From positions 63,986,001 to 64,050,000 of the forward strand of contig NW_024704743.1 of NCBI RefSeq assembly GCF_018977255.1: DNA of 64,000 nt, written 5' to 3'. The stretch is from Callorhinchus milii (Eukaryota). The notes under the pieces were generated by a model that saw only the letters and a program-made list of their open reading frames with translations, made no database searches and was not told where the DNA came from. Below, piece after piece: positions 10,171 through 23,859 of the stretch (its first letter is position 1; every line of letters begins with the position of its first letter). Both the position numbers and the translations under genes were made by a program.

Positions 10171-13059
10171 AGTGAAATGAATGGGCAAAAATTTGAGTGA
10201 ATCCTATTTGTAGTTTTCTCTCTTTTTGCCTCCAGATAGAGGTGATTCATTTACATAATGGAAAAGTTACAATGGTAAACTCATTTAACCCATTCATGTC
10301 CTCTTATTAAATATCAAATGCAAGATTTATTATTATTTGAGGCGCCAAAAAGATTTTTTATAAATTTTGAGTTTGTCACAATTCTAGATAACTATGTCCT
10401 TCCAATGCTAGTTCCACTCTTAATCCTCTTTTGGTACACAATCAGAGCCTTACTACTGGTATCTCCTATGAGCTCAAATGTAACAGCATTTAAAAATGAA
10501 TTGGAAAAGTACAATATATTGAGGGAATATTATATTGGTGTATGAGGGTATAGTATGGGGAACAAGCAGTGGATTAGGATTAGAATAGATAGCTCCAGTG
10601 GAGGAGGTAACAGCAACACGTATAATTTACATTTATTTCACATTGGGAGGGCGTCTCAAACCGATTAATGCTGCTAGCTGGGACCTCAAAATGGTGGTGA
10701 GAGCCAAACGGGGAGGGCAAAGATGACCAAAGGCATTGTCACAGATGTATGTCTTGAGAAGATCTTGATTGAGGTGAGGGAGGGAGCACGTCAGAAGGAC
10801 AATTACCTAATGGCCGCATTCTGAACTATAAACCTTCAGTTTTAAATAACAGACCTTTTGTTCAGATTAAATACCGTTATCTAATTTTAATTTACATATG
10901 TTTTAAGATTATCATTTTATGATTTAAATTAAGGCTAGATATGTGTCCTCACAGTCTGTATGTTGATCTTCATACGGTCTTTAATAAACAATTTATGGAT
11001 CGACCATATTTTATTTGCATTCAGATTAAGCTATCATCTGATCTCATCTCAATATTGGCTTATTTGCTTCTTTGTTGAAATCTTTAAGATATTCAAATTC
11101 TTTCAGCCAACTTCAAAGTGGATCTGATATATGTACTGAAGATTTTTGTAAATCTAGACATTTGGAAAATCCTATATTACTAGTGGATGGGTTGTATGTG
11201 GAATTATATATCTTTGAGAATTGGAACATTGATAACTAACAGATAAAGTTGAAACTTATTTCATAGAGCCATGTTCCTACATCTAGATAGTTGCAGTTGG
11301 ATCTATTTATAAACACTATAAACAGCCTGGTCTTTGATCCTTAACATCAAAGCATACTTAACTTATCCCCACTGGAAACAAAAAAACACTGACTAGTCTA
11401 TGAGAGAAAGCTATGTTCAGGAAGGGAAATACTATGATTCTCACAGGACTTTAGAGAGTGCTGATTAGAAAGCTCATCTCAATGTATCACAATATGAAGC
11501 AGAGTAGACCAAATGAAGGCAATCTTACTTTTTTAATTTAGTTTTAATTTTTCTACAAAGAGTAATTTCTGATAGCTTTGGTGAGAAAATTTATTTAGAG
11601 AACCAGAATAAATTAAAAGTGTTGTAAATAGGATAACATTAATAGATAAATAGATTGGGCATCTTACAAGAAGAAATACTATGAGGTGTCACATAAAGAT
11701 AGTAGTAGTAGAAGTAATGATTTAGCCAAAATGGTGCAGTCCATATTTATATCTTATGGCTGAAACAATTTTATTTGCTTTAATTTCTTCAGTTTATTTC
11801 AGTATATATGTTAAAGTCTAGAATCTTGTGATATGTGGGAAGCAATAGTCTTACTGTTTCCAGTTAATACCCATTTCTTATTGGAACTTCAAGAGTGTCA
11901 TTTAGGTTTTCTAGGCCAAAACAATCTGTGCGATTATATAAGCCAATAATACCTTTTTTTAAAAAAAATAATGCTTTACATTTATTTAACAGATATACAA
12001 CCAAAAACTATTTGACCAAGGATGTTTGATTGCTTTAAAATAAGTTATCCTTCACAATAAACTGATCAAAGCATTACTGCATTATCTTCTTCTATTACTT
12101 CACCTTTCCTGAAGCTGGTAACTCAATTTGGTGTGCATTTCTAAGGTACCTGCAGTCCTCTTTTGATATGTATATGTATGAACATATGGACTTTTTTAAT
12201 GATAATATTAAAAAAAACTTGCATTTGATACAGCTCCTTATCACATCATTGAGACATCTCAAATTGTTCACAGGATATACTGTGAAATGGATTGAGTGTA
12301 TATGGAATATTTAATATATATGTGTATTTAAGATACATATTATGAAGGCATTATAAGGATTAAAACGGTGCTCATGTTGGAACAAAAGTTAGTGAAAGTG
12401 TTAATGACAGCAGAATACAAGCCTGACAAGTAATTTAGGGTAGAGGAAGTATAATGGATGTGTGGTTTTATGCCTTGTTAAGACGTGATTGATATCGTTG
12501 TGTGTACAATCACTTATGAAATATGCTGGGATTTGATAACTGCCATTGGTCATAGCTGTGGTTAACAAATTGTTACACAGAGAGGTGTTTATTGGGTTTG
12601 ATTGCACAAGCCATATTAAGAAGTCTTCAGTCATTTTAGCTAAGTGTACTGTTAAATTTTACATTTACACTTGTTTCATGAACTTTTAGATTTCCTGTGC
12701 GCCTGTGTTTAACTGGCATAAATTATAGGCAATGATGGAATGCCTCAATGCTCATGCAAAATGCAGACATTCAAGGACATGCTATTTGGAATCATGAGTG
12801 ACATATATGCAAGCTAAACACAGAACCTTTATGTGTAAAAGGTGAGGAAGATGAATAGCCGGAATTGTTTTCAGCCATCATCACACGATCGAGTGATTGA
12901 GTTTAAATGTAAGAAAGCAATACATGACTAAGTCAGTGATAAAATTGGTCATTATAATGAGAGACTCCATGAAATAAAAGTGAACTATATATTTATATAT
13001 ATAGTCCTATATTTTCAGATCTTACAAAAAGAGCAATATCCTCTTCTATCTCTAATCCC

Positions 13060-14980
13060 TCAAGGTATGAGTGCGTGCCGCCAATGTACCCAGACCAAAA
13101 CAAACCGAACGGTCCATTGGCAGATCTGGCTTGACCACATCTAGACATATCGCTCCACCCTCGCCTCCGCCAAATCATCCTTTAAGTTGCAGATAACCTT
13201 GGTGGCCAAGGACAATCCCAGGCTCCTCTTCTCCACCACTAACTGCCTCCTCCGTCCACTTTCTTGCGCCTCACCCATCCTCTCCTCCAATTCCAACTGC
13301 GAGGAGATGTTGGACTTCCTCCACTCCAGAATTGAAGGGATTGTTCGGCTACCTCTCCCCCGTCCACCGCTACCCCCCTCGTCACCTCCACCTCATGCCC
13401 CGGACCCCACACATCCCTCCTTTCACTACTTCAGCCCTGTCTCCCCCTCTTCCCTCACTTCCATCATCTCAAAAATGAAGTCCACCACCTGCTCCCTTGA
13501 TCCCATCCCTATCCCCCTCCTCGCAGTTACACCTCCTGGCCCATCTTTTAACTGATGTTATGAACTTCTCCTTATCCGCTGGCACTGTTCCCACCCCCCT
13601 AAAAACAGCTGTCATCACCCCATCTTCAAAAAACCTTGTCTGGACCCATCCCTACTCTCCATCTTTTGCTCTATCTCCAACCTCCCATTCCTTTCCAAAG
13701 CCCAGGAACAAGTCGTTGCGTTCCAGCTTTGCTCTTTCCTCTCCCGCTATTCCCTCTCTGAACTCCTCCAATCGGTTTTCCATGCTGCCCACAGCATGGA
13801 AACAGCCCTGGTTAAAGTTGCCAACGACATTCTGAACATCTGAAACCAGGGCTCTTTCTGCCTCCTTGTCTTCCTCGACCTCTCTGCTGCCTTCGACACT
13901 GTCAACCATTCTATTCTCCTACACCGCCTCTCTTAGTTCAATCTTCGCAGGCCTGCCCTTGCCTGGTTTGAATCTTACTTCTCCCACCATCTCCACTTTG
14001 CTGCCACTAACGGCATCTCCAGCCCTCCACTATCACTTGTGGCATCCCTCAGAGCTCTGTCCTTGGCCCTCTCCTTTTCAACATCTATATGCTCCCCTTC
14101 GGTGTCACATCATCCGGAGACATGGGATCAACTTCCACATGTATGAGGATGACACCCAACTCTACCTTTCTGCCTCCACCCTCGATTCCAGGACCACTGC
14201 TGTCCTCACAGACTGCCTGTTGGAAATCAAGTCCTGGATGAGAGCTAACTTACTGCAGTTGAATGTCAGTAAGACAGAGGCCCTCCTGCTTGGGCTCCCG
14301 TCAGCGCTTCCATACCTCGGGCACTGACAGCATCTCCCTCCATGGATGCACTCTACATCTCACGGAGCCAATACAGAACCTCAGTGTTCTGTTCAACCCT
14401 CAACTGTACTTCATACCCCACATCCTTGCCATGACATGACCCGCTCTGCCATTCCCTACCTCTGCAACATCACTTGGCTCCGCCACTGTCTCACACCGCA
14501 GGCCTTTGAGACCCTCATACACGCATTCATAACATCCAGGCTCGACTACGCAAACTCCTTGCTTGTTGGCCTCCCTAACTCCTCCCTCCGTAGGCTGCAG
14601 ATCATCCAGAACTCTGCAGCCCATGTCCTCTCCTGCACCAGGCTCCGTGACCCTATCATCTGCACCCTCACCCGACCACTGACTTCCCATCACACAGAGG
14701 ATACAGTTCAAGGTCCTGTTCCTCACTTTCAAATCCCTCCATGGCCTTGCTCCCACCTATCTCTGCGACCTCCTAACCCTCTACCAACCTGCACGCTCCC
14801 TCCGCTCAGCGGGCTCCGGCCTGCTTCACGACCCCGCCTTCAGCTACTCTGCCCTCATCCTCTGGAACTCCATCCTGCAGTCCCTCCGCCTTGTCCCCTC
14901 CCTTGTCTCCTTCAAGAGCCGTCTCAAGACCCTCCTTTTCGACCGTGCCTTTTCCCTCCCCCCCACCCCCCCGGCCCTTG
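13060..14980 (+). mobile_element. 5'-truncated, frameshifted L2 LINE ORF2 (reverse transcriptase)
   Basis: Peptides [58 protein letters not shown]; many stops and frameshifts; homologous to the L2 copies at 31770-33580 and 61328-62762. Confidence 0.95.
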
Positions 14981-15325
14981 TCAGGTGTATCAGCACTGCA
15001 ACAGTTAACCAAGGTAGACACAGAGGAAAGGTCATGCTTGTTGACAATAACATTCATACAAGGCACCCAGAGGACTGTGTGAGATAGTAGAAAGACTTAT
15101 TTATGGAAGTCCAAGGAGAAAGATAAAGAGGTCCTTGGCAAAAGGCCGATATTGATAATTTGGTGCCTCGTCGGAATCAGATCATGAGGTTCTCAGGGTT
15201 CTGTAGAAAACAAATTTAGAACGTAAGGAAGAGGTTTTGCCAGTAATCGTTGGGAGATGTAGGAGCTGAAGGGAGCTGAGGGGAGCAGAAAAGTCAGAGA
15301 ATGTAGGAGCAGAACAGTCTAGAGA

Positions 15326-15635
15326 GGAGTCCTGTAGCTCAGTGGTTAGAGCACTCGCTTTGCAAGCGAGAGACCGGAGTTCAATTCCAGGCAGGGCGAA
15401 ACCTTGGGCAAGTTTTCTTACTCCACACGCCTAGTAATAGTCCCTCCAAAAACAATAATAAAATTGGTCATTTTCAATCTACGACTGTTTGTGGGACATT
15501 GCTGTGTGCAATTGGCTGCTGCGTTCGCCCACAAATTTACAGTCAATTCACTTTACAGTGTGTTCTGTGAAGCGCTTTGGGACGTCCTTCCGATGTGAAA
15601 AGCGCTATATCAAATGCAAGGATTATTATTATTAT
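15326..15635 (+). mobile_element. Full-length tRNA(Ala-like)-headed SINE, short form
   Basis: Head GGAGTCCTGTAGCTCAGTGGTTAGAGC...TTGCAA...GTTCAATTCC (A and B boxes), Deu-like core, L2-type stem-loop tail, (ATT)n end. Confidence 0.95.
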
Positions 15636-15819
15636 AAAGAGAAGTCAGAAGGGAGCAGAACAATCAGAATCCTGACGCGATCCTTACAACTTGTAAAGCT
15701 TGATCACCAATACGATTTGTAATAAAACCTTGATTCTAATACTCTACATTTGGAGTACATCTGTTGTTCAGCATTGAACGTGTAAGCCCTTCGGAGGGAA
15801 GGGGATGAGGTTAACACTC

Positions 15820-15918
15820 TTTCCCGACCCCCAACTCGTGTCTGAAATACTGATTGCCCAGCGCCTTGGGACATACTCCCGATGTGAAAGGCGCTATACA
15901 AATGTAATTTTGTTTGTA
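15820..15918 (+). mobile_element. L2 3' tail fragment
   Basis: CAGCGCCTTGGGACATACTCCCGATGTGAAAGGCGCTATACAAATGTAATTTTG. Confidence 0.8.
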
Positions 15919-16108
15919 TGTTAATTTAAACTTGCTGTTGACCCCACTCTTACAAGCAACTTGCGTAGTGTCTGCACTGCAGAAAACCAGAAATCACAAA
16001 AAGGCTGTTACATTAATTGATGAAGCAATTTGGACCAGTTGCAGTAAGAAGTTGATAGTGAAGGAAATTGATTTCTGATTACATTAAAACATAAATCCCT
16101 TTTTCCAG

Positions 16109-16147
16109 GCGAAACGGGGAAATGGAAAACTTGCAGGCAAGCAATGG
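16109..16147 (+). other. Candidate 39-nt exon
   Basis: Acceptor CCCTTTTTCCAG and donor GG|GTAAGT; contains gaaATGG. Splice signals only, no transcript evidence. Confidence 0.25.
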
Positions 16148-16789
16148 GTAAGTGGAAGAAATTCCATTGAGATGCAGCTCTAAGCTATATTGTTTTTGGA
16201 CAATTAATACAACCTTTGAATCCATGTTTTCACATACTTCTCTTAGAAAGTCGTTAAAGCACTTTTCTTACTTACAGTATAGAGAATACTGCTGAAATGA
16301 CTTAACATATTGTATGATGTGTGGGAATCTTGAACCTGCTAAATAAGACGGTGGTCAAGCCAATCTTCAATGTGCAAGTTCCCAAAGCAGCAGCATTTCA
16401 GTGTTGATATTCCTGAACCAAGCAATGACAAATCAGAATAATTTTGATGGTGAGGAGATGGATAGTAACTGCTTGTTCCAAGTCCAGTGGTTAACTGCCT
16501 GACGGTGGCATCCACGAAAAGCAGAACACTCGCTCCAGATTTATTCATGCGAGAATTTTTTTTTTTGCAGAAGTACTACACATCCATGTGTTATATGTCA
16601 TGAATAAAGGCGACATTTTCATTGTGGACAATGGTGGGATTTTGCAGTCCCAATATGCCTATTTAAATATTAGCAGCGGTAGTATATCTATTTCATTACA
16701 CTCTCGACCTAGTGCCTCATGATGCTTTCATGATGAAACTGGAAGCCAGAGAATACATGGCCAAATCTAGGATTTTATCTGGAATGTGT

Positions 16790-17910
16790 ATTCCAGCTCC
16801 AAGATCTGTTTAAGGATCGACACGGTCTATCTGTTCTACGCCTTTCTTGACAGGGTACCGGCACTTCTGTTTATGGATGATATTGTGCCCCTGGAGGACT
16901 CAGCAAGGTCCTTTTGTGCTGCACCTGCCATCTTGAAAACTGGGCCACCTAATGGGACATAGTGGTGGATGCCTCCAAGTGTGGAATCATGGTTCTGCAT
17001 GCCCAAGACAATTGAGGGTTTTGATTGGAAGATACAAGGGGCATCAGTCCCAATTGTTGATTCTTTTCGGTGGGGGTTGTGGTGGACATCAACTTTTGCC
17101 TGGAAACCCTGATGAAGGACCACGCAGAGAAGGGGCGAAAGACACTGGCCGTGCTGGTCTCTCTTCAAGAACAGCAAGGTCCCAATGCAGGTCAAGCTTG
17201 GGGCACATAAAACCTGCAAATAGTTCTCCTTTATGGATCTGAGATCCTGGGGATGCAGTGGAGAGGCTTCCTCCAGCTGCTTTGCCAAGCCCAGGATAAG
17301 CATTGAGGTGGATTTGTAGAAAACACGGGAAGTGTCTGCTCAGTGGAAGGGCGGCTTCACAGCGGACCCGTCTATTGGCCAAAGTCCCTCACATGAGAAC
17401 TTGGATTAAGCAGCTGGTGCTGGCATTCAACTTGGACCTCGAGAACATCAAGGTGGCTGGCACATCATAAGCTGTCCTGTAAAGGTCCACCCACCACCTA
17501 AAGGCAGATGTCCGTCAGAAAGCTGACGAGGAAACTGAGGCTTGGAGTGACAGCTGTCGGAAGGAGTTGCCTGGAGTGCCAGTTTGTAAACACACGTCCA
17601 TACATTTTGGAATCCACCATGATTGGTTTGCAGGGAGTTAAGCAGCTGCTGGTAAGCTCCATACCTCCAATTGGTGGAACCATCGATCAATGGGAAGGGA
17701 TGTATGTCAAAGCTGTGGACAGGAAGGAGGTGGCATTGTTCTCAAGTTTTTTATGCTGAGCTGCATTGCCCACCAGGAAGCTCATAGGGAGTTGCTGGAA
17801 CCTGCCATTCACCTCGTGAGGGTTCAAACCCATGCTTGTTGGATGTCAAATGACCAACTAGTGACTATCCTCACTATCCTATATAATACTGAAGAAAGAA
17901 CACAATAAAA
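16790..17910 (+). mobile_element. Degraded RTE/RTE-X-like non-LTR retrotransposon, 3' part
   Basis: Across frameshifts: VPALLFMDDIV (YADD-like), W..V.ASKCGIMV, VPIVDSFR, YGSEI.G, and a W.....A.DR-like C-terminus; AATAAAA near 17904. Confidence 0.65.
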
Positions 17911-17994
17911 TTTCCCATTTATTAATGGACTTTCGGTATGCAATATGGCACCTTGTATTCTGCTTCCATCAGTCCATTCTAAACTCCTAAAAAA

Positions 17995-18437
17995 ATAATG
18001 ATTAACCTTGCATTGACATAGCACCTTATCACGTTGTCGCAACATCCAATGTGCTTCACAGGATATAATGTAAAGTGGATTGACTGTGTATTTTATGGGT
18101 GAAATGCGACAACCAATTGCACACAGCAGCGTCCCTCAAACAGCCAGGGAGTGAATGAACAATTTTATTTGGGATATTGTTGGTCAGGATACCGGGAGAA
18201 TCCCCCCCCTGCTCTTTTCAAATAGTGTCATGGGATCTTTAATGTCCATCTGAACAGACAGATGGATGGTGTAAAGCCTCATCCAACGGATGGTATCCCC
18301 GACAAGGAAACCCCACACCCCCCAGCACTGCGTTGGAATGTCAGCTGAGAGTATGTGATTCCAAGACCTGGCATGGACCTTGAACCCAAACCTACTGACT
18401 CAGAGCCGAGAGTGCCATCACTGAGTCAGGCTGACGC
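17995..18437 (-). mobile_element. Older DeuSINE-like SINE (SacSINE1-like), near full length
   Basis: Reverse complement shows a tRNA head (GTCAGCCTGACTCAGTG...GGGTTCAAGGTCC), AAAGATCCCATGACACTATTTGAAAAGAGCAGGGG core, and the shared L2-type tail. Confidence 0.85.
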
Positions 18438-18999
18438 ACATTATAGATGAGATGGTAGCAATTCTCTTGATTGTTTATATTTTCTAAAATTTTATCCAGC
18501 AAGAAATCCAACAAGCACATTTTATGATCAAAGCTTGTATTCAACAAGACGCGGTCTAGAATAATTACAAAATGCAAGCAATCTTGGAGATTGAACCACA
18601 ACTTATAATTCAGAGTTTTTCTTTATAAAATGGAGATCACCTTTTAAAAATTTAATTTTTGCACTCCTTTGAACCCTCTGAAATTCATTAGTGCCCTCTT
18701 AAAGGGAAGTTATCTCAAAGAACACAATTTTAACAGTAGTGTTCACAGTCATGTTTTTGTTTTACATAGTACACTAACCAACAACTGAAACATGTGGAAG
18801 AATGATGATAATTATATTTAGAAGTATTTGATGATGTTCAGGACAAGTATTTAAATGTCCAGAGGATTGGTGTAAGCGCTGATAATGATCCATCGCCATG
18901 TTCAGTGCGACATCTTCTGTAACATTGGGATTCTATGGGATTGAGAATGATTATGCTCAGATTTTGGAATGGTAGTTGAAAAAACTCTACCTACTCCAC

Positions 19000-19260
19000 T
19001 ATCAGCGATTGGGAATTCTGCCTTTCTGCCCCCCACCCTCTGGAACTCCATCCCGGAGTCCCTCTGTCTTGCCCCTCCCTACATTAAGGCCCATCTCAGG
19101 ACCTACCTTTTCAACCGTACTTTTGGTCATCTTCCCTCCTTCTCCCCCTTTGCCCTTCACTCCTCCCAACACGCAGCTCATGTGCAAACCCTTCATTGTC
19201 CAGCAAATTGGGACACCCTTCCAACATTAAAAGCGCTATATCAATGCAGTTTGTTTTTAT
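19000..19260 (+). mobile_element. L2 3' fragment
   Basis: PTLWNSIPESL...LRTYLFNRTF followed by a degenerate tail. Confidence 0.8.
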
Positions 19261-19794
19261 GTATTTATGTTGTCTCCTAGTAATGTTTTGCTTGCTTATA
19301 TGCCCATTATAGAGTTAACTTCTTCATATTTAGAATATATATGCACTGTTTGAGAGTGGTGACATTACTGATGAGTGTCCAATACACAAAGAGCACAGTA
19401 ATGGCTAGTTTCATGACTTTATTTACTTTTAGGCTTGTTGAAATAGATCATTTCACAGCTCCAAACTGAATCATCTTTCGTATAGGATGGGGTACCATTT
19501 GGAGTTATCTACCAGCTTGTGTTGCAGAGATTTGCTTTGGATTGTAGCTATTTGCATGATATGATGCGTTGTGCTGCATTATGGGGGAATGTATGAAATC
19601 TGTGCATGTGCAGGTAAATATGTGTGTCTGAGCCTCAATTTATGCGACAACTGTACATCTTCTGAGTAACCATAATAATGATTCTCGCATTTAATATAGC
19701 GCCTTTCATGTCAGGGAGTGTCTCAAAGCACTTCACAGTATAAATACTGTAACGTGTAATGACTGTATATTATAGGTGAATAAATAGACATCAT

Positions 19795-20105
19795 GCACAC
19801 AACAACAAAAGAACATTTGTATAGCGCCTTTCACGTTGGCAGTACTTCCCAAGACGATCAGTATTTCGGACCCGAGAGGGGGGTCGGAATCAGAGAGGAT
19901 GGAGGGTAGGGGGGGAAGGAGGGTGATCGATGGCACGGTTGATGAGGAGGGTCTTGAGACGAGTTTTGAAGGAGGCAAGGGAGGGGGCTAGGCGGAGGGA
20001 CTGTGGGATGGAATTCCAGAGGGTGGGGGCAGAGTGGCTGAAGGCCTGCCTGCCAATGGTGGGGCGGGAGAGGTGGGGGACGTGAAGCAGGCCAGAAGAT
20101 GCCTG
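19795..20105 (-). mobile_element. L2 3' fragment
   Basis: RQAFSHSAPTLWNSIPQSLRLAPSLASFKTRLKT plus a tail ending in TTG repeats. Confidence 0.9.
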
Positions 20106-21014
20106 AAGCATGTAATGTGTGGTGTTACCACGAACTAAGGTTAATGACCACCAATTAAGACTGCATGGGAGCACAGGGATTTGTTTTAAAAAGAATTTTG
20201 AAAGGCCAACTTATATATGGGGTATATTTGCACAGAATTGCTAATTTGCCCTTAAGTAACACTGCGATAGGCGATAAGTACTCCTACTGTTTTGGATGTT
20301 TCCAGCACAGTTTTTATCAATAAGCATTTTCCAAATCAATTTTGAAAGTGGGACTTTGATGGTTGAACAAGCTTTATGGCTTTAATATTAATGAAACAAT
20401 AACCAATAATGCACTTGTCTTACTAATGCCTTAAGTGAGTTGGACGTTTTGATGGCTTAATGTGTGTTATTAACAAGTCACATATCTGAATTCTAATGTA
20501 CAAAACTGGTAAATTTAAAACAGTTTTAAATTTGCCATGACTACAAATGCAGACAGAAGCCAGATGCTCAGTATGTATTCTAAAATGTTAAATAATTTGA
20601 ATTGTTTACTTGCAAGGAAACCATGTTAACATTCTCTATTGTATATTGTATGAATTTCACAGTTGTATTACAGGAAAAACTGAAGCAATCAATTTACACT
20701 TGCGGTTTTCTTTATCAAATCCTTGTAAAACATTACATTTTTCACTTTCAACTACCTATTCGAAATCCGTATTCTTCCAACCTATAATTTACTAAATTGC
20801 ACCCTATTACACATTTTCAACATTTCATGGATGAAAAAAAATTGGTAAATTTCATGGCTTTGGATATAGACCTTTTTGTGAGATGTATGTGGGCTGCTAT
20901 CAAGCTATTAACCATGACGAAGGAAGGATATTATGATAAAAGATTGAGAGTCCCTTAAAAGTGATGTATCTAGCACATGTTGAAGAGGTTTCAGCACCTC
21001 AGGCGACAGGTCTT

Positions 21015-21264
21015 TGTAGAAATTAACAGGGATGCCACCACAGCTTTCCCAGCTGGAGGCCTTTTTACTAATTACTCTAGGATTTACAATTACAATTTAC
21101 ATTTATATAACACCTTTCATTTTGGTAGGACTTCTCGAAGTGCTTCACACAGCTGACTGGGAGCTCAAACTCTAAATTGCAATTGTAAATTCTGGAGTAA
21201 TAAGTAAAAAGCCTTTGGTCTGGGAAAGATTTTGTACCTGGTGGCTTCCCTGTTAATTTCTACA
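21015..21264. repeat. Imperfect inverted repeat (~85-90 bp arms) with a retroelement tail in the loop
   Basis: Arms 21015-21098 and 21174-21264 (TGTAGAAATTAACAGGGA.GCCACCA vs TGGTGGCTTCCCTGTTAATTTCTACA). The loop holds a minus-strand L2/SINE tail. Confidence 0.85.
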
Positions 21265-21299
21265 GGAATTTTCAAAAATGTTTATTGGAATGGAATGCG

Positions 21300-21760
21300 C
21301 ACTCTCTCTGGAGGAATGCATCCTGCTTACCTAATTTCAGAAATTATTAAGTGCAGGTTGGCAAGAGCCAAGGCTTGGGGACCCTAGAATTGGGGAACTG
21401 CTAGAGTTTAACCAGCTAAAACCACTCCGTTTGTCTTTGAAAGCCCTGTCTGGTAAGTTTTCCCAATGCTTGTCCAGCCTGGAACACCCTACTCACTAGG
21501 GCTTTGGGTTGCATGATTGACGGGAGCTGAGTGTGAGAGTCCTTGTCCCCAGTGACTGCTCTGCCTTTCCAAGCCCTGCCAAAGAGTAGCCTGGCTGTGC
21601 TGTCATCAGCAGTGCCCTAGAATACTGCAGACCCACTGGCTCAGGAACTGGACCTCTGAGACTCACACAGAGGGTTGGCTCGATTCTGACATTCCATCGC
21701 CAAACATGTCACTTTAGTGCCAGTTCAACACCAAGGAGACTCCACTTAACTTCCCCCAAA
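21300..21760. repeat. Unclassified interspersed repeat, copy 1 (homologous to 27365-27750)
   Basis: Colinear anchors CCTGCT.ACCTAATT, AGGTTGG..AGAGC, GAGGGTTG.CTCGATTC..ACATTC and CCAAGGAGAC. Confidence 0.7.
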
Positions 21761-21910
21761 GGATAGTCACAAGTTGGTTATTTGACATCCGACAAGCATG
21801 GGCTTGAGCCCTCACTAGTTGTATGGTAGGGTACCAGGAACTCCTTGTGAGCTTTCTGAGGGGACAACACAGCTCATCCATGAAATGCAGAAGAACATTG
21901 TCACCATTGT

Positions 21911-22284
21911 GGAGTCCTGTAGCTCAGTGGTTAGAGCACTCGCCTCGCAAGCGAGAGACTGAGATTCGATTCCCGGAAGGGCGAAACGTAGGATACGTTT
22001 CCTTACTCCACACGCCTTACCTAGCAGTAAATAGGAACCTGGTTGTAAGTTGATTGGCAGATCGCTTTTCCGGTGGCAATAATTCCTTCAAAGAAAAATC
22101 TGGTCACTCAATCTACTACTGTTTGTGGGACACTGCTGTGTGCAATTGGCTGCCGCATTTCGCCCACAGTCAATTCACTTTACAGTATATTCTGTGAAGT
22201 GCTTTGAGACGTCTGGAAGATGTGATAAGGCGCTATATCAAATGCAAGGATTATTATTATATCAAATGGAAGGATTATTATTAT
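21911..22284 (+). mobile_element. Full-length tRNA-headed SINE, long form, with duplicated tail
   Basis: Same head as 15326; extra internal TACCTAGCAGTAAATAGG...GATCGCTTTTCCGG segment; TATCAAATG.AAGGATTATTATTA occurs twice. Confidence 0.95.
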
Positions 22285-23859
22285 TTTCCTGCCCACAGCT
22301 CGGACTCATAACCCTTCCCATTGAGCGATAATTCCACCAATTGGAAGTGTGGCGCTTAAGCAGCAGCTGCTTACCTCTGCGGGAAGCGGCTGCAGGAAGG
22401 GAGGTCTCCGGCCTACATTGAGAGGGTAATTAATTACTGAAGTGGTTTACCAGAAAGGGGAGTTGAAGCCCTGACACTGGAAACCACTTGATGCTATAAT
22501 CGAAAGTAAGTAGGGCGCGTATTTTGGAAGGATAGGCCAAAGGGCCTTTTTTATCTGAATCTCTTACGATTTTTGATTTAGATGTGGAATAAAGTGCTCG
22601 TTGCATTATCGTACAGTGTTCCCCCAACTATGCTAGATAATCAAATTTGAGCCTTGCATAATGAAAACCATATTTAATATAACTCAGTATAGTTATCTTT
22701 AATCAGAATTTGATCCTTGCCTATCGAAAGTCCTCATTAATGTAAACTCCACACGGTTAGGTTTAATTTAGAATACTTGCAATAAGATTCATTTTACATC
22801 AAATGTACAAGAATATTTGGATTAGAATAATTGCATTTTTCAATCTCAAATTTCACAATGTAGTTATACAAAATAATTCAAATATAAATTCAGTTATTTT
22901 GAAAATGAAGTTTTTTTCTATTTGAGAGACAATATAATATTTCCAGCCATATTTGATATCAATTTAACACAGTGCATTGTCTGTGCTAACAGAATCCCAT
23001 TGTTTACCTCAAACTATTTTTTACCCAATTAACCAACCGTTCGAAAAGATCATATAGTCGGCTTATATTTATTCATAGTTCCAACTACATCCTCATCATA
23101 ATTCAATTGAGCTGCAATTATCATTCTGCTGGAACCTATGGGTAGCCGTGAATTCAAAAGAAGATAAAAGAATAAGTGTTATGATCTGTCCCAGAACACT
23201 AATTATATGGAAGATGTATTTTTCTTCTTGAGTGGCTGGATTTACAGTAGTTAATTCCGTGTTAACTTGTAATTGAACACAGATGTATGTAGGTGTCATT
23301 ACTTAGTTACTTGTGTAACTTTAATGTGTCCCCGTAATCGTCTCAAGGTCTTTGATGGTCACAAACTGTAACTGGGAAATGAAGTACCTGTACCTAATTC
23401 ACAATCTAAAATAGCAAATTTTATTGATGGCGTGTGTGTATATTATAAATTAATAGCTTTGTAAATCATTTCCTTTCATTTGTTATGTTTTCATTTTATA
23501 ATTTTTTTGCACAGCATCATGAAACATAATATTGCATTGAAACCAAATTTCATGAATGAACAAAGACAGTAGATTTGCTGCAAGTTACAAAATGAAATGC
23601 CAGGAGGAGGCATATTTAACCTATCATGATCTGTCACATTTCCTTCAAAAGTTATTTTTAAATACTTGTTTAATTGTTGAAATATTTGACTACAACAATC
23701 TCAATCACTGTGCAATGTTTTGATACAGTACAGGGTGCTATATAAATGCAAGTTGTTATTGTTGCTGTTGGTGAAATATTGTAATTTACTAACAGTTAAA
23801 GCCGTATGAACCATGTTGACTTTACAAAGGTTTTTCAATTCAAACCTATGCACTCCTAC

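Noticed and set aside
15326..15395. tRNA-Ala-like genes (also at 21911, 29020, 35241)
   Set aside because: They have A and B boxes but no proper acceptor stem and run straight into SINE body and tail; they are SINE heads.
18821..18872. Peptide VFDDVQDKYLNVQRI, loosely reminiscent of GCFC2/PAXBP1
   Set aside because: Too short, stops immediately upstream in frame, weak acceptor, and no further matching exons.
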